The position numbers were made by a program, and so were the translations under genes. Positions 36,846 to 50,815 of a stretch of DNA of 64,000 bases are shown piece by piece (position 1 is the stretch's first letter; each line of letters opens with the position of its first letter). Source of the DNA: Squalus acanthias (lineage: Eukaryota). The stretch spans positions 106,456,001-106,520,000 of the forward strand of contig CM059431.1 in assembly GCA_030390025.1 (NCBI GenBank), given 5' to 3'. Below the pieces are notes generated by a model. It was not told the origin of the DNA, searched no databases, and saw nothing but the letters and a program-made list of their open reading frames with translations.

Positions 36846-37222
36846 TCTCACCTCTGAATCAGAAAGTCGTGGGTTCGAGTCCCACTCCAGGGACTTGAGC
36901 ACACAATCTAGGCTGACACTCCCATTGCAATGCTGAGGGAGCACCGCACTGTCGGAGGTGCCGTCTTTCGGATGAGACGTTAAACCGAGGCCCCGTCTGC
37001 TCTCTCAGGTGGGCGCAAAAGATCCCATGGCACTTTTGCGAAGAAGAGCAAGGAAATGACCCCCGGTGTCCTGGCCAACATTTATCCCTCAATCAACATC
37101 ACTAAAACAGATTATCTGGTCATTATCACATTGCTATTTGTGGGATCTTGCTGTGCACAAATTGGCTGCCGCCTGACCACACTTCAAAAGTACTTCATTG
37201 GCGGTAAAGCGCTTTGGGATGT
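36846..37222 (+). mobile_element. DeuSINE truncated at both ends
   Basis: Homologous to 36285-36680. Confidence 0.9.
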
Positions 37223-38266
37223 CTGCCCTATACCCCTGTGTGTCTCGCCCCTTTCTCCCTACAGTTGAACAGGCTAACAGCACTCCCAGTGCTCACACAT
37301 GAAAGATGTGCTGAAAAGCTGCCAGTGCCCATGGGACGGTATTCCAGCAAGAAGTCAGTCCTTTCAGGCAAAGAGAGCAGAAAATAGTCGGAAAATATGC
37401 TCGCCCAACATTTAATTGACTCACCAAGACCTCGAGCCAATATATCAGCAGGAAATTTTACAACAGAAAATTCTTATACATTTCCCATTTTCACGAAAGA
37501 TTGAGTGCAATATAAGCAGCTGTGTACCGTTATTGTTTTTAACATCGTGTAACTTTGCAATAAATAATGGACGTCTTGCAATGCATTAAAAATGGAAGTG
37601 ACGACATGTAAATTGGGTTGCAAACATGAAAACGGATGTAACATGATCAGAGTTGAATTCCTAAGACATTTGAGAAGTAATCTTTCTAGAATCTTGTTGT
37701 TGGCGGGGAGCCTCACCCATTGGAACCAATATTGGAATTTGGGAGTTTGGGTCCCATGCAATTTATCAACTACAATGGACGTAAAATTGTGGGGATGGTG
37801 TGCCAACATTCCCTGCTGGGAACATGATATCATAAAACAACCTCTTGTTAAAGTTATCTCAGCAGACAGTGCAGATAGACAATGGTTTGGGATTTAAATT
37901 TTCTATTCAGTTATTGGATATTCACTTAAGTAGGACTGTCCGTATCTCTCATTACCATTATAAACGTTTTATAAATTATGTAGCCGTTATTAATAAATTA
38001 TAAACTTAAAAAAATAGCATTATAAATGCAATTAAGGATTGCTCTTGAAAGCTTCCCATGTCTGCCTTATTCATCCGTTCCCCACCACCCCCCGCCCAGA
38101 TTGGATTTTTCTAGCAGATTTTGCACTGCTAAAAGTCTTCATGATTGGGCTGAACACAATGTGAGAGTTTGGATTCCAGAAACACTTTGCGTTTTGCAAC
38201 TTCTCCTTGTGCTTCCAAATGTAATTCCTCATCATCGGGAATCACAAAGATTCATATATTCAGGTT

Positions 38267-38472
38267 AGAAACACATAGAATCACACAGCACAAAAGGAGC
38301 CCATTTGGCCCATCGCGCCTGTGCTGGCTCTGTGAACGAGCTACCAATTAGTCCCACTCCTCCCTTGATTTTTTCCCCATAGCCTTGCAATTTTGTTCTT
38401 CCTTTTTAAGTAGAGATCCAATTCCCCTTCGAAAGTTGCCACTGAATCTGCTTCCACCGTCCTTTCAGGCAG
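38267..38472 (-). mobile_element. CR1 3' tail
   Basis: catagaatcacacagcaca..ccatttggcccatcgcgcctgtgctggctc. Confidence 0.75.
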
Positions 38473-39404
38473 CGCATAATGAATACTCTGCTGAATCAGG
38501 TTTTGTGGGGTATCTGGGGCACCTAAAATTCACAATGTTTCAGAATAGTGGGTGTGGTCAGCGAAGATCGCCACCCGAAACAACAAGTGAAACAACCGCT
38601 GCCCCGCTTCCCTCGTACCCCCTCCCACCCCCCGACTGCCAAAGGCATGAATACCTCAGACAGATAGACCCTCCACACTGCCAGTGAAATAGTCACAGCC
38701 CAGACAATGGAAAGCACGGGACACATACTACATCAGTACTCCAGTTACGCCATTAGACTCGTTGAATCAGTGCAAGTTGTTGCAAAAGCTGCATTAGCAA
38801 AATATACAACCACTGCATCAGCGTGCAAATTCTGGAAAACAAAATTCGAGAAGAAAGTTTACATCTACCAGATTCAGTCATATTGCTAATAGACTGCACA
38901 GCAATCAGACAAATTAAACAAAGGAGACAGACACCAACAGTAAGCAAAAAAATTTTTTAAAATACACTTACTCGGCAGTCAGTTCTTTTACACCAACGCC
39001 AGAGCCCGTTAAATTGTGAGAGCACAAACATTTGTCGTAGTATTAATGAAATAGCATCACTCTTGCACAGAAAACATTACATTGTTTGACTGTGCAAGCA
39101 GAGCCTCAGTGCTTTAAAGGGAAAGATACAGGCATATCTGAATGATCTTAACTGGATTAAATTGGTATTTTTCAGAATAATTCTGATGATTGTATCTTAT
39201 TGGGAAGCTGTCTGCCTTTTATTATTGATATTAAGATTAATGGATTGTATTTCCTCTGGAGGAAAGAGGACAAATTAAACAGATACATTTTTTCAAAATT
39301 TGTTATCTACATAATATGCTGCAACAAAGAGTTAGATTTGACGAGAGGATCGCAGACTGCACAAAAACATTACTGATTTAAAAAAAAATGTTATCTTGGA
39401 CTAT

Positions 39405-40050
39405 GGGTGTTCCTGGAAAGGCTGGCATTTATTGCCCATCCCTAGCTGCCCTGAGAAGGTGGTGCTGCAACTGAATGACTTGCTAGGGCAGGTAGAAGTC
39501 AACCACCTTGGTCTGGGACCTGGAGTCACAATTACATAGACATAGATTTTACATAGAATTTACAGCACAGAAACAGACCATTCAGCCCAACTGGTCTATA
39601 CCAGTGTTTATGCTCCATTCGAACCTCCTTCCACCCTACTTCACCTCAACCCTATCAGCATCTCCTTCTATTCCTTTCTCCCTCATGTTCGATCTAGATT
39701 CCCCCTAAACACACCTCTGCTATTCGCCTCAACCACTCCCTGTGGTACTTTCAATAAACCTCGGCCCAGGTTGCATGGTGTGTTTTATTCTTAGGACATC
39801 CAAATAGACCAGACCGGGTAAGGACGACAGGTTTCCTTCCCTAAAAGGACATTGGTGAACCAGTTGGGTTTTTTACGACAATCCGACAGCTTCATGGTCA
39901 CCTTTTACTGATGCCAGCTTTTTATTTCCAGATTTTTAAAATCTGAATTCAAATTCTCAAACGTCCATGGCAGAGATTTGAACTCATATTCTCTAGATTA
40001 TTAATCCAGGCCTCCGGATTGCTAGTCCAGTAACAAAACCACTATGTTAC
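39405..40050 (-). mobile_element. tRNA-derived SINE sharing its 3' tail with LINE family C; interrupted by a CR1 tail (39535-39747)
   Basis: Minus strand head GGTAACATAGTGG..GAGTTCAAATC; core aatgtccttttagggaaggaaacctg..ccttacccggtctgg; tail caccaccttctcagggcagctagggatgggcaataaatgcc. Confidence 0.75.
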
Positions 40051-41132
40051 CATGCCTACATATGCAAGAGATGAGCAGTTTGAGATGCAAAAGGCTCTCA
40101 GCAAAAAATCCAGAGGATTCGAGTGGTGTTTTGGGCGTGTATACACGTGGAAATATTTTGATTTTTAAAAAAAATGGAAAAACTGGAGCTGATAAACAAT
40201 TGATAGTAAATGAGCAGCTGGGAGATCTATATGATAAGTAGATGTAATGGGTGGAACTGGGGAATTCTGCTGGTGTAATTTAGTGCTGATTCCATTGATA
40301 AGTCACAGTCATTCAAATTGGTGTTGTCATGAAACCAATGCCTAAGTTGATTGTGGTTTACAGTGGCACCAACTGCAATACTGATCTGGGATCAATCTAA
40401 TCACTCAAATATGGTGTAGCAATTACATTAAAATTTAATTGTTAAATAGCTCACAGATAGCTTAGTGAGTAGATGCATGGTGTGTTATGTTGCTGAGCCA
40501 TATAAACAAATAAAGTTCCCATATTCTGCCTGTGTTGAGTTATCTGAACTCAGCCAAAGGGCAGCAGTTGTTCTACAATTGGCATCACTAAGATTGAGCT
40601 AGGGAGGGAAAAACGAGGTTTTTGCTTCTGATTGCGCAACAGTGCTGAACTCCTTTGGAAAATGCACATGAGTGGATGTCAGCCAAGGACAGAAATGGGC
40701 GTAGCTGTTGCCCGATAGTTGAATAGCTTGCACAAATTTCTAGGTTCACAGTTGAAAAATGGATGCTTAAACAGCTGTCAGCATCCTTGGAACTGTGATG
40801 CAGTGCCTTTAAGAGAGAAGGGGAGAAAGTGCAAAGCATAAAGAATCATGAGCTCTTGTCTGCTAAATCCTTATCAAAGAAAGAATGCCACTTTCATGTG
40901 GGGCCTAATCTCCAGTGAATTCCATGTTCCTTCTTTATCTTCCTTAAAGCCAATGTGTTGTGACAGCGTAACAGGAACAGAATGGAAAATGCTTACTACT
41001 TTTCCCCTCCTTCTTCCTCGCTTCCAGGCCTCTGTCAGTATCAGTCTAAATGTTCACTAAGAGTAGCCTGTGTTGACTCATTCTCTGACTCTCTCTCCCC
41101 CTTTACTGCAGGGAAATGCTTTGTCTTTGCTT

Positions 41133-42457
41133 GACATTTCCAACCAACAGTAGAGGCTCAGATTGCAAACTTGTCATGCAGCCAAGCCAAGACATGATCA
41201 TGCATCAAACTGCTCTACAGCATAGTGCGTTACTGCTCCAATGTGCTACACCACTGGACTGCCTTGTGCCCGATTTCCTTTTGCACTTTTCATCCTTTTC
41301 CACGTTACTATTATAGTCTGTGCAATGCATGACATAACAAAACAATGAAATCATTCAAACATTATAGGCCTTCTTTAAAGTTGCAAACCCCATCAGCTTA
41401 TGAAGTGCAATATTCACGATTATTAATGAAACTGGAAAATACTGTTATTTTACATTGACTTACAATGCGAATGTTACATCTAAAGCCAACTACATTGATT
41501 GGACTCAGTGCAGAATAGACATTTCCTCCAGTGTCAAATTAAGCTGAGCCAATTTAGCAATCCTTAGATGTTAATAGCTGCAAAACAAATTGAATAAATT
41601 CACAATTTGTTCGGGATTATGTTATTATGGTATGCACTGTTGAATTTTATATTAATAGAATTGCCATTTGTGGAAAATGCAGTTTTATTAATATTGACTG
41701 TAATCCTTCTAAATCCTGAGAGACTTTTTTAAAATTTTAATTAATCAAAGAAGGTCATCATGTATTTTTTCCACGTGAAATTCAATCTAAACAATGGGCC
41801 TTTTGATTTGGATAAGAAACAAGTAGAAATGAATTCAAATTAAAGGTGAATGAAGTGAATTAGAATGTAAAATATATTCTTTTTATTTGTTAATTTCCCT
41901 GCAACTTAATTCCAGAATCAATTTGGGTCAAGTCAGCATGGATGCTTCTAACACATTTATTTTACAGTACTACCCAGGCATAAGACTTGGGATCAGCCCT
42001 GAAATAGGCTACAATGCAACTCTCTGTTTGTTTTGCCAATATTAACATCTAAGGATTGCTAAATTGGCTCAACTTAATTTGACACTCTATTCTGCACTGA
42101 GTTCAATTAATGTAGTTGGCTTTAGATGCAACATTCGCATTGCAAGTCAATGTAAAATAACAGTATTTTCTGGTTTCATTAATAATCAGGAACATTGCAC
42201 TTCATAAGCTGATGGGGTTTGCAACTTTAAAGAAGGCCTATAATGTTTGAATGATTTAATCGCTTTGTTATGTCATGCATTGCACAGACTATAATAGTAA
42301 CGTGGAAAAGGATGAAAAGTGCAAAAGGAAATCCAGTGGTGTAGCACATTGGAGCAGTAACGCACTATGCTATAGAGCAGTTTGATGCATGATCATGTCT
42401 TGGCTTGGCTGCATGACAAGTTTGCAATCTGAGCCTCTACTGTTGGTTGGAAGTGTC
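41133..42457. repeat. Long inverted repeat: arms ~41133-41589 and ~42027-42457, spacer ~440 bp
   Basis: Arms align base by base in reverse complement with few substitutions and short indels. Confidence 0.95.
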
Positions 42458-42643
42458 TGCAGTGTAACTCAAATGATCGGCTCAGATTCAGCACTCACCA
42501 TTGTAAGTCAGACCCCACGTCAAATGCCTGCCAACCACACCAGTACAAAGGGGCAGCTTCACCAAGACTTCCTGAGCTTCCCTAGGTGCAACACTGAGTC
42601 TCAATAGACCAAAGGGGGAGCATCGATAGGCACACAAAGAGTA

Positions 42644-42822
42644 GGGCTAATTTTTAACTTTGGGCGATAGTGTAAGACCAGCGCTATGGGATCAGCTGCC
42701 CGTTATACATCTTGCCTGATGTTCCATTGAAGTCAATGGAAACACAAATTGTGAGAGGTGTCTAACGAGCAGCTTATCCAATATCCTTTGCTTTACACTA
42801 TCGGCAAAAGTTAAAATGACCC
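42644..42822. mobile_element. Hairpin MITE (~180 bp), Harbinger-like
   Basis: GGGCTAATTTTTAACTTT..CGATAGTGTAA / TTACACTATCG..AAAGTTAAAATGACCC; central palindrome TTCCATTGAAGTCAATGGAA. Confidence 0.75.
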
Positions 42823-43306
42823 TCATATGAACAATGTACTCTCAGAAATTGTAACTCCAATGCATTTGCAACCTACTTGGAGTTTCTACGTGTATGGATG
42901 CTTTGGGTGCTGAAGTAAAGAGAGTTAATTCAGATCATTAGGCAAAACTGTTGCTTTAATCTGCCAGGTTCCCCTTGCACGCCAGGTTGAAGCAGGATTC
43001 ACATGAAGAGATACAACAAGTATTTTGTTTTGAACTATCAGCTGCTAATTGCTTGCCCTGTTCCCTTTCTACCAATGCCTGTAGTTTGTCTAAAACAGAG
43101 TGCTTTGGTTGACATTTTGTTATCTCAGTACTGTAAAATCTTTAACCAGCTGCACACTGGCTTCTGAACTGTAGTTTTTAAAATGTCCCACTGAATATCA
43201 GAAAGTAAGATGTAATCCATTGTATGAACCACACTGACATGTTTCAATACTGTATTAAGGCATTATATAAATACATGTATTTCTTGTGTTTCTATTCTAT
43301 TATGGT

Positions 43307-43710
43307 GTCGGCCGTGGCTCAGTTGGTAGCACTCTTGCCTCTGACTCAGAAGGTTGTGTGTTCAAGTCCCACGCCAGAGACTTGAGCACAAAAATCTCGG
43401 GAGCGCTGCACTGTTGGAGGTGCCGTCTTTTAGATAAGATGTGAAACCAAGGTTCCGTCTGCCCTCTCATAAATATCCCATGGCACTATTTCGAAGAAGA
43501 GCAGGGGCGTTATCCTCGGTGTCCTGGGCCAATATTTAGCACTCAATCAACATTAGTAAAACAGATTATTTGGACCTTGCTGTGCACAAATTGGCTGCCA
43601 CATTTCTTACATTACAACAGTGACTACACTTCAAAAGTACTTCATTGGCTGTAAAGCGCTTTGGGACGTCTTGAGGTCGTGAAAGGCACTATAGAAATGC
43701 AAGTCTTTTT
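43307..43710 (+). mobile_element. DeuSINE (SacSINE1-like) with internal deletions
   Basis: Homologous to 3744-4211. Confidence 0.9.
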
Positions 43711-44919
43711 TTCTATTGCCAGCGCATAGCATTCCATATTACTGGACAATTCGAAAATGTCTTAATTCACAGTGATATCTATAATATATGAAATATCTAA
43801 TACCTACACACACATCCTGTCTGTGCCAATTGACATTCTATAGTCATATTTTTGGCACCATTTTAGCATGAACTATCTCCATTATAAATCCTTGTGTCCA
43901 CATTTATAATGGAAACACCTATATAAACTCATCACTCTGCACAATTTTCCACTGGGTTCCACAATCCTATCAAAATATTTTATGATTTTTTTTAAAACTG
44001 GCAAATTTATTTCCCTCAGTAACTGAAACTTCTAAGACAGGTTTGAAACAAAATAAACCATTCAAAACGTACATATTTCACAATAACGTGATTAAATTTA
44101 TCAATTGATTTGTGTTTAGTGTCTTTCAACCCGTTTCTTAACGTTTTTACTTGAGGGCCACTGCCAGGCTTGGAGTTGATAACTTTGCTCACAGCTGTGA
44201 CACTGTCAGCTGAATTTGAGTTGTGTAGACTGATAATATGCAAGACACCTAATTTTCCAGGATGCATCAGGACTGGCCAGCTATACTGAGGAATAATTTC
44301 CTCTAGTTTCGAGCAATTTCTTCTCCAAACTTTCTCAAAATTATTTGAAGGAAAGCTGGAGGTCAAAATTCAAAAGCTATGTGGAGGTAAAATTCATACT
44401 GAGTTTTTTTAAAGAGGCATGAGAGGGAGGGGATGTTAGGAAGGGAACTGGTTAATGGAAAGGATAGGGGGAAGAGACATGATGGGCATGTAGAGGTGAT
44501 GGGAAGCAAAAGTGGTTGGAAGAGGGAATGGGTAGGGAGCCGCTGAGGGTCACAGCTTCCCTGCAACCCCACCCCAAATGTACCTGGACTCACCCAAGCT
44601 GTTGGTGGCTCCTTTCCCTGGCACATCACACCACGCCATGCCACACATCGCCACCCAAAAGGAAAGAAGAAATGAAGAAAAAGATAGTGAGACAAACAAA
44701 AACAAATTAAGTGGAGAGAAGAGAGAGAATTCGAACCACAGGAGGAGAGATAGAGAGAGGAGCAGCAACATGAAAACAGTGGAGAAGGGTGAGAGAGATA
44801 CCACCCTCTAACTTACCCTGTGCCACACCATGGAAAATCGACTAGTAATACGTTAAAAACCTCAGTGCGCACTTCCTGTCAACTTTTCCATCATAAACTC
44901 CTATGTCCACATTTATAAT

Positions 44920-45644
44920 GGGCTGGATATTGCTGGAAAAATAACGGTGTGCTAACGGCGCACGCCATTATTAATGTGTAACTCGGCCAGCGAGTTCGAG
45001 GGATTAAGAGATACGCCATGAGTTGCGAATCTCCAGAACTTGCTGGTCGATTTACACTTTCTGCCGTTTGCTTCACACAAATGGTATCTCACCCTCAGCC
45101 TGCCCGCTATTTTTAAGGTCTTGCTGGATTTGCACATTAGTAGCCCATTGAACTCACCGCAGAAATTTAAGTCTTGTAAATATGAGCATAAGTACCCCGT
45201 TAACGCTGAGATAATTGTTAATGCAATACCAATCAATCTCTCCGGCCCAGAAAGGGAACAATTTAAACTGTTCAAATTCAAACCTGCATGTAGTAAATTG
45301 TTGTTGGTGATTTAAAAAAAAAATTCTCTCTCTCTTAATCCAATCTCTATTTCCCTCTCTTTATTTCTCTTTCTGTACCTGATTTGACTCTAATTCACCC
45401 TATTTCCTTCTCCGCTGTTGCTCTGTTTCTTTCTCAATCCTTCAATCCCATTGGTTACGGAGACGACCGTTGGTCCCGCCATTCACCAAAGTCCCAGATG
45501 ACCCATTGCCCTCGCCGTCCCGTTATCAGCCCGCACTTCCAGCAAGTGACGGTGCAAAAAAGATTTTCGAGCTGCAGGGTGGGGGAAAAAGTCTTAACTA
45601 ACGGCATGCACCGCGAGATGCCCCACTCCAGCAAGATCTGGCCC
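44920..45644. mobile_element. Harbinger-like MITE family E, copy 1
   Basis: TIRs GGGCTGGATATTGCTGGA / TCCAGCAAGATCTGGCCC; TSD AAT. Confidence 0.85.
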
Positions 45645-45954
45645 AATGAAAATTGCCGATATAAACTCGTCAGACTGTAATTTTGCCCTCCCACTAATGG
45701 AGGCACTGCAATAAAACGACCAGGTGGAGGGTATAATTGCAGCACGATTAGTTCACATAAGCAGTTTCCATTATCAACACACTTGTAAGAAATTTTAATG
45801 GAAATATGAAAATGAGGTCAGAATGTATGATTTTAAAATAGGGGTTAGAATTATCTCTCTATGCCTTGGTCCAATTAACCCCCACCATCTGATCCTGCAT
45901 CATCTGAGGACTACACTTGGCCTTCCCCATGGTACCAGAGGTGAACCGATATGT

Positions 45955-46400
45955 TTCAGCTATGTGGGGAGATTAGAGAACCTGGATTGTTCTCCTTAGA
46001 GAAGGTTAAGAGGATATTTAGTCGAGGTGTTTAAAACTCTGAGGGGTTTTGATAGAGTAGATTGGGAGAAACTGTTTCCACTGGCAGGAGGGTCAATAAC
46101 CAGAGGACACAGATTTAAGATAATTGGCAAAAAAAAGCCACGGGGGAGATAAAGTGAATTTTATTTTTTACTCAGCGAGTTGTTATGATTTGGAATGCTT
46201 TGCCTGAAAGGGTGGTGCAAGTGGCTTCAATAGTATCTTTCAAAAGGGGTTTGGATCTCTACTTAAAAAGGGAACATTTTGCAGGGCTATGGGGAAAGGG
46301 CGGGGGAGTGGGACTATCTGATGTGCTCTTGCAGAGAGCCGGCACGGGCTCGATGGGCCGAATGGCTGCCTTCCGTGCTGTAACCATTCTATGATTCTAT
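45955..46400 (+). mobile_element. CR1 LINE 3' fragment
   Basis: FTQRVV.IWNALPE; tail (ATTCTATG)n. Confidence 0.9.
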
Positions 46401-48055
46401 AGGTGATGGACTAGTTAATAGTTACTGATAGTGAACAAGTGCTGAATGTGTTCATATGGCATTCCTATTTTAGCAGGCGTGTTAATCTACATAAAAGCCT
46501 GTGTTAAAATAGTGAATAGGTGAATGTTATATGGACATGCTTATCTGCTAATATCACCAAAAGTAATATTTAGGCTGTAATGTTTGATATGTTTTTGCTT
46601 GGGCACAGATATGGCAATCCTTAGCACTACAGTAATAATGTAGAGTTTACTCTCTGCTATTATTCTCTCCCTATCCTGTAGTATTAAGGAATGTAAAGAG
46701 TTAACATAGATTGCATTAAGATCCAATTCGCAGTACTGAAGCAAAATGTGTATGTAAGTACTTTTCTCAACCAAAATTGCTTTTGTCTATGAAGTTTTCA
46801 TGTGTAGGTGCAGTGTCAGCCTGCCACCAGGGAATGACTCTTAAAAGATTTCAATAGAGAAAGATTGGTTTTGACATAAACCAAGGCATAATTTTGTTAT
46901 TGGCTAACATTAGTACGATAGAAAGTGCTTTGCCCAGACAGAAACTCAATCACACAAAATGTAACCAAACAAAAATACATTATATAAAATTGAGCAAGAC
47001 AGAGGTACTGTTTAAGAATGCTGTCACAAGGCATTTTAACGTGGTTGTCAAATCAAGCTATTGTAGTCAGACCTTGTAATAAGACATCGCCGACCAGCAC
47101 CAATTTGTTACATTAAATATTACCACGGTACGATTACAGGTTCCGTCCATTATCATCATTACATCAACAGCACTCACATTAAGTTTACTATTATGTGATT
47201 TCACATTTTCTAACTTTAATGAGAATAATGGAGTTTTGGTTACATTAGTCTGGCAAAGAAATGCATCTAATGGACCAGTCCACATCAGCAATTAAAAACT
47301 GCCCAACTATATGTACTAAACATGATTGATACCACTGAACAAATTGCCTTGAATGATAAACATTATGTCTTCTATTCATATTATGTGACGTGTCCATGTC
47401 ACTTTATACTGCACAAGTGGTATCATTCAAATACGCAAGTCAAAAAGGATCTTTTTGTTGATTTACCATTATTTAACTGCAGGTAAACAGTGCAATATTT
47501 AAAAACAAGGGGAAAGCAAGATCTACTCTATGTAGTGAACTTATAAACCTATCTGCAAAGCACAGAGGAAACCTTTCAAGGTGAGCATCTAAACAACATA
47601 TATAAACAAAAGATCCCGTTGTTAAATTTCAATCAGATGCCACCTATTCCTGTGGCTTATAAACTCTAACATATAACCACTTTGAAGAAGGCATTTGGGG
47701 TTGTCTCACCTGATGATTTTCTTCTCTCCCCCCTCCCCCCACTCCCCCGCAAGGTGGAGCCAGCACCTAATCCTACTTAATCCCAGTTTGCGACATCCTG
47801 ACCTCGGAACACACAGTGCGAGGAATCATCGGAGCAAACCTACATTCGATCAGTTTGTTGGTCGGTGCAATGGTACACCAACTCACTGTGCCACCAGATT
47901 GCCCTGGGTGAGGTATTTACAAAAGAAAAGTCTATTTTTGTTCATTTAGCTAAAGTACAAGTCAAAACTGTGTTTTAAAAAACAATGAAATGAAAATAAG
48001 TTTCAAAATAATTTATAAAATAGCCAAAGTGAATCCAATCAGGAAAAAAAGAATT

Positions 48056-48848
48056 GGGCCACAATTTGCTGTGGCAAGGCATTTAATGGCATCTGCCATT
48101 ACTTAGACTTGCTCTTGCACAATTAGGTTTTAACATTTTTTGGGTGGCAAGTTACTGAAAGTGCGAGCTGATAATGGCGCAGCGAGGGGAAACCGGGCAT
48201 CAAGGACCTGAGTGAACAGGGCAACGAACAGGGTATCTCCTTAACCAATCAGATTGAAAGATTGTGAAATTAATAGCGCAAGGACTGAGAAGGAAGTGTC
48301 AATTAGAGTGGGTAAATTCAATGACAAATCAGGTACAGAAAGAGAAATAAAGAGAGGGAAAGAAAGATTGGATTAAGAGAGAGAGAAAAAGAGACAGAAA
48401 GGAAAAGTAAATAAAAATGAAAATAATTTTAAAAATTACTTTTTAAATCTCCAACAACAATTGAAACCTAAAGGAATGAGACTCTACACTTGTAACAGTT
48501 AATTTTCAGTGTCAGAGAGTTTGACTAGCAGTAATTAACAGTTATCACATCGTTAAAGTGGTACTTAGACTGAAATGGACAAGACTTAACTTTCTGTGAC
48601 GAGTTTAGTTCGTATCTATCGCGCAAATACAACAGTTTCACACGATTCAATGCATTTCAATGGTGGGGCAGACAGCGAGATGCGTTTTCACGAAGCTAGC
48701 GGTGAAGTGGCACAAATTGGACAGCAACTTTTGGATTTCCGCATTTAATTGCGAAGCTGTCCCTCACCTGAAGTTGCTGTAGCACTTGCACATAAATAAC
48801 GGCGAGCGCCGTTAGCCTCATCATTACATTGACAGCAAATTCTGGGCC
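48056..48848. mobile_element. Harbinger-like MITE family E, copy 2 (reverse orientation)
   Basis: TIRs GGGCCACAATTTGCTGT / ACAGCAAATTCTGGGCC; 48300-48385 matches 45325-45400 in reverse. Confidence 0.8.
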
Positions 48849-50439
48849 AATGCTTGGTATGGTTTGGTTTTGATAGGTCTAAAAAAAAAATCACCCTATA
48901 AATATGTTGTGCAAGGTGGCATATTCACAATTCCTATTGCATGGACCAAAGTTTAGTTTAAGATGCACAGCACTGCAGTGGGATGCTGCATCTATTAATC
49001 CAAGATTGCTCTAATGAGAAAGAAGTATGTGGTGCACAAAATAACATTTATTCCATGGAATCCTTAAAATGCTGTGGGTATGTAATTGGACCTTAGAAAG
49101 CACAAGTTCAGCAATGTTGCTGTTTTCAGAGGTTTTGTTAGATAATGGATGTCAGGCCGTGCACAGCAATATAGTTCCCAGAAAGGTGATCCAAGCAGTT
49201 TAAAAAGCCATAGGTTGGCGTGCTGCGAGGGTACAGGTTATCTGCACTGGTTATGTTGTGCAGGTATGGCGCAATGTAGAGTCAATTTGCGAGGCAGATA
49301 AAAGCACACCTCTCCTAAAAAAAAAATAACTGGAGAATGATGCTGTATCGGGGAGATTTTAGACTGACCAATTTCATGGATAAAGCGGAAATAAACCCTC
49401 TAAAACCAGCTCAAAATCCACAAAATTATTTGCTGAGCTGTATTTCCACCGTAGCAGATGCAGAATCTTTTCTTCTTATTCCTATAAACTGGGCTCTTCA
49501 AATATTAACTCGCAAGCCTTTATAAAATTGTTTTATCTGCTGCTGGAATGGAGATGTTAATGCATTTATTTTTATTTTAAAGGCAGAAGTCATTACGTTA
49601 GCTGAGGCAGCCGTGATCAGTGTTACGATAATGTTTACAACTCTGCTAAAATAGCTTACAAGGTATTTTACAGGGAGAATATTCCCCTGAAGTAGAGATT
49701 TGAGACATGTCCATAATAAGCAAACAGAGCATGACTGAAATTTCTGATTGTCTCCTTGCTTGATTTATTCTTCTTCGATGGGCAAAGTAACTTTGCATTT
49801 CAGGAAAGGGGGATATCTTTTGCTTTCCATCTACTGTCCTGTGGGCTAGGAATCCCATTTATTGTAAACCTCCCCTCAGTTTTATATGAGTAAGGTTCAG
49901 TCCTCTAAAGCTGAGTTTCATTAAGTGTCATTCTATTATGGTGCTTTAATTATTTTGTTCACATACTCCATGTGCAGTCTAACGCTTTATTTTTTTCATT
50001 TAGGTTATGTCTATAGTTCATTTCCACAAATAAGTTACCAAGTCGATTGGATGTCAGATACGTGCATTGATCTGCAAGAGGGCATAATTTTACAATTTCT
50101 ACTTTCTGTGTAGTCAGTCACTAAACACGTATTTAGGTCATGTAGTATTTGTTTATCTACTACAGCAGGCAAGGAAAACACTTTTGTTTATTTTGCAGAT
50201 AGCAATGAAAAAGCACTTACTTCAATACTCAGGAAATCTGCTAATTATGTATGAAAAAAATGGTGCATTTGGCAAGTGTCCATTGCAGAAATAAAATCCA
50301 AATTAGTTCAAGTTTCGCAGGAACCAATCAAAAATGCCTACTCAGCACATCTCTCACAGACTTAACTCCTAGATAAGCGTGAGGAGGTGCATTTTGCTCG
50401 GAGGAATAAGGAGGCCACATAATCCTTGGAAAAGGCGAG

Positions 50440-50815
50440 TAAATGGAGTTGAGGTACAGATCAGCCATGATCTAACTGAATGGCGGAAGAGGCTCGAGGT
50501 GCTGAATGGCCTACTCCTGTCCAAGACGAGGGGCCATAAATATAAGACAGTCACTCATAAATCCAACAAGGAATTGAGGAGAAACCTCTTTACTCAGAGA
50601 GTGGTGAGAATGTGGAACTCGCTACCACAGGGAGTGGTTGGTGCGAACAGCACAGATGCATTTAAGGGGGAACTAGATAAGTACATGAGGGAGAAAGGAA
50701 TAGAAAGATGTGTTGATAGGGTGAGATGATGTAAGTAGAGTGGGAGGAGGCTCGTGTGGAGCATAAACACCAGCATAGTTGGGTCAAATGGCCTGTTTCT
50801 GTAAACTCTATGCAA
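50440..50815 (+). mobile_element. Two adjoining CR1 3' fragments
   Basis: CR1 UTR (gatcagccatgatctaactgaatggcgg) followed by TRGHKYK..FTQRVVRMWNSLP and a second tail. Confidence 0.85.

Noticed and set aside
47706..47730. CTGATGA as another hammerhead core
   Set aside because: No stem II or GAAA follows
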